Shown piece after piece: positions 37,004 to 38,585 of a stretch of 38,585 bases of DNA (the first letter of the stretch is position 1; the number at the start of each line of letters is the position of its first letter). The DNA comes from Planctomycetota bacterium (lineage in GTDB: Bacteria; Planctomycetota; SZUA-567; H5-PLA8). The stretch lies in the NCBI GenBank assembly GCA_045863855.1, contig BTVV01000054.1, forward strand, positions 1 through 38,585, given 5' to 3'. The notes below the pieces were generated by a model that did not search any database, was not told the DNA's origin, and worked only from the letters and a program-made list of their open reading frames with translations. The position numbers were made by a program, and so were the translations under genes.

Positions 37004-38585
37004 GGACGCCTCCGCCGATCTTCAAACCCATCTTTTCGAGGATATCGTGGGCGTACGTCGACTGACCGCTCTTCGGATACTTCGACATCAGTCCACGCAG
37101 CGACGCGACGTACTGCTTCTCGTTGCCAGCCGACTTGTGAACCTGCGCGATTCGCCACAGCGCTTCGCTGGCCTGTTCCTTAAAGAAGTTCTCGATCTCC
37201 GTAAGCTGCGAGACCGCTTGCTGGTGCTGGCCTTTGGCCTGGTAGCATTCCGCGATTCGGAACAGGCTGCCGGGCTGCTGGTCCGACTGCCGGTACGCCG
37301 CGATCGCTTCGTCGTGCTTCCCGGTCTGCTTGAGCAACTCGCCTTTCCGGTACAGCGCCCAGCCCGCGTAATCCGCTTCGGCGGCCAACTCGTTCGCCAA
37401 CGGCAGGCCCTTTTCGGTGTTCTGGCGGTGGTAGTAATAGTCGAGCAGCCGCGCCTTGCCCTTGTTCGCGTCTTTGAAGCTTTGGCAGACGCGCACCATC
37501 GCATCGTCGTCGCCCTTGTGCCATAAAAAACCAGAAAGCTGCTGGTGCTTGAAGTCGTCGCTGAGCTGCTCCAGCCGCATCTTCTGCAGCACGTTCTGCC
37601 CGCGCGCTTCCTGGCCCTTAACGTTGTAGAACGCTTTCATCAGGTCGAAAATGTCCTCGTTCTTCGTCTTGGCGAAATCGAGCTTCTGGTAGTACGCGTC
37701 CACCTTCGCATCGTGACCCACGTACAGGATGATCCACTTCACGATGCGCGCGTAGTCGTCCTGCTTGTTTTGCTTCTCGAACTGTTCGTCGAGGCGCTCG
37801 ATCCACTTGGCCGTATCGTTCTCGTACGCGCGGATGAAGGCAATCCGGTCGATCTGGAAGTCGTCCCACGCCGCGAACTTTCCTTCCAGCGTCTGCGCCC
37901 AGTAGCGGTAATAACGGTTCATCAGCTCCGTCTGGTCCTTTTCGAAGGCGCCGTGCTTCTTGACCGCTTCGCACACTTCGCTCCAGTATTTGCGATCCGT
38001 CTCGATTTCGCCTTCCAGCTTGCGTGGATGATGTTCGAACCCGCCCGTGTCCGTGAACAGCTTGCGCAATCCGGCTTCGTCGGGCTTGCGCGTGTACATG
38101 CCGATGGCTTTCGCCATGGCTTCGCGCGCTTCCTGTTCGTTCGATTGCCGGAACGTCACGGCCACTTGGTGATACGTCTGCAGTGCACGGTCGGCTTCTT
38201 TGCGTCCGGCGTACCAGTCGGCCAGCCGGTTGAGCGCCCCGGCGGCAAGGAAATGCCTGCTGAACTGTTTGTCCTGGGCCATCTTGCCCCAAAAGCCCAT
38301 CGCCTTGTCGCGGTCCCCGTTGTCCCAATGGCACAGCCCGCTGTAGTACATCGCCGCCGCGGCGTACGCCGGATCCGTGTTGATGAAATAGTCGGTGACC
38401 TCGACGTACTCCTTCAGCGCCGCGAAGCGGTTGTTGCTTTGCTGTAAGCTCCGTCCTTTGCGGATCAGCGCATACGCCAGCGCCTTCGATTGCTCGAACT
38501 CCTTCACGAACGACTCGTACGCCGCCGCTGCCTGCTTGAAGTCCTTTTTCTCGAAGAGCTTGTCCGCGCTGCGAAGCTTGTGCGC
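36990..38585 (-). CDS. TPR repeat protein, 5' truncated by window edge
   Basis: Frame is open to 38585 (AHKLRSADKLFEKKDFKQAAAAYESFVKEF...). TPR-like helices AAAAMYYSGLC, SLFRIAECY, YPKSGQSTYAH. Its stop overlaps the next gene by 14 nt. Confidence 0.88.
   Translation of the reverse strand, partial: AHKLRSADKLFEKKDFKQAAAAYESFVKEFEQSKALAYALIRKGRSLQQSNNRFAALKEYVEVTDYFINTDPAYAAAAMYYSGLCHWDNGDRDKAMGFWGKMAQDKQFSRHFLAAGALNRLADWYAGRKEADRALQTYHQVAVTFRQSNEQEAREAMAKAIGMYTRKPDEAGLRKLFTDTGGFEHHPRKLEGEIETDRKYWSEVCEAVKKHGAFEKDQTELMNRYYRYWAQTLEGKFAAWDDFQIDRIAFIRAYENDTAKWIERLDEQFEKQNKQDDYARIVKWIILYVGHDAKVDAYYQKLDFAKTKNEDIFDLMKAFYNVKGQEARGQNVLQKMRLEQLSDDFKHQQLSGFLWHKGDDDAMVRVCQSFKDANKGKARLLDYYYHRQNTEKGLPLANELAAEADYAGWALYRKGELLKQTGKHDEAIAAYRQSDQQPGSLFRIAECYQAKGQHQQAVSQLTEIENFFKEQASEALWRIAQVHKSAGNEKQYVASLRGLMSKYPKSGQSTYAHDILEKMGLKIGGGVHANE

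Noticed and set aside
1..38585. CRISPR arrays, tRNA/rRNA, IS elements, integrases, clear intrinsic terminators
   Set aside because: No regularly spaced DNA repeats, structural RNA signatures, transposase motifs or convincing hairpin-plus-U-tract elements were seen by eye. A covariance-model search was not possible.

Overview
GC-rich bacterial DNA, most likely from a PVC-superphylum (Planctomycetota-like) genome. This is inferred from the gene content: DUF1080 proteins, a prenyltransferase-repeat protein, a sulfatase, DUF4159 and zinc-ribbon/TM/LamG proteins. No rRNA, tRNA, CRISPR array or mobile element is evident. Left half (1-21510): a carbohydrate-utilisation neighbourhood with a 4x DUF1080 membrane protein, SMP-30 lactonase, orphan sugar-binding protein, prenyltransferase-fold protein, TPR/twin-retropepsin protease, sulfatase, SGNH esterase, two lyase-like secreted proteins, and an unclassified TIM-barrel glycosidase divergent from an AraR-type (GntR+LacI) regulator. 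It also holds a decayed c-type heme protein pseudogene and a shared CxxC-x22/23-CxxC N-terminal module on a small and a large membrane protein. Right half (21511-38585): one tightly coupled minus-strand operon that begins beyond the window edge. It encodes three TPR proteins (one of about 2655 aa, two sharing an Ig-like repeat), a small hidden gene, ExbB plus two ExbD, a short TonB/TolA-like protein, a polytopic DUF4159 protein with a TonB-type SxxxH helix, and a membrane protein. No TonB-dependent receptor or TolB/Pal is seen, so this is the best candidate for an undescribed proton-motive-force-driven envelope machine. All domain calls are from motif recognition by eye, not from database searches.
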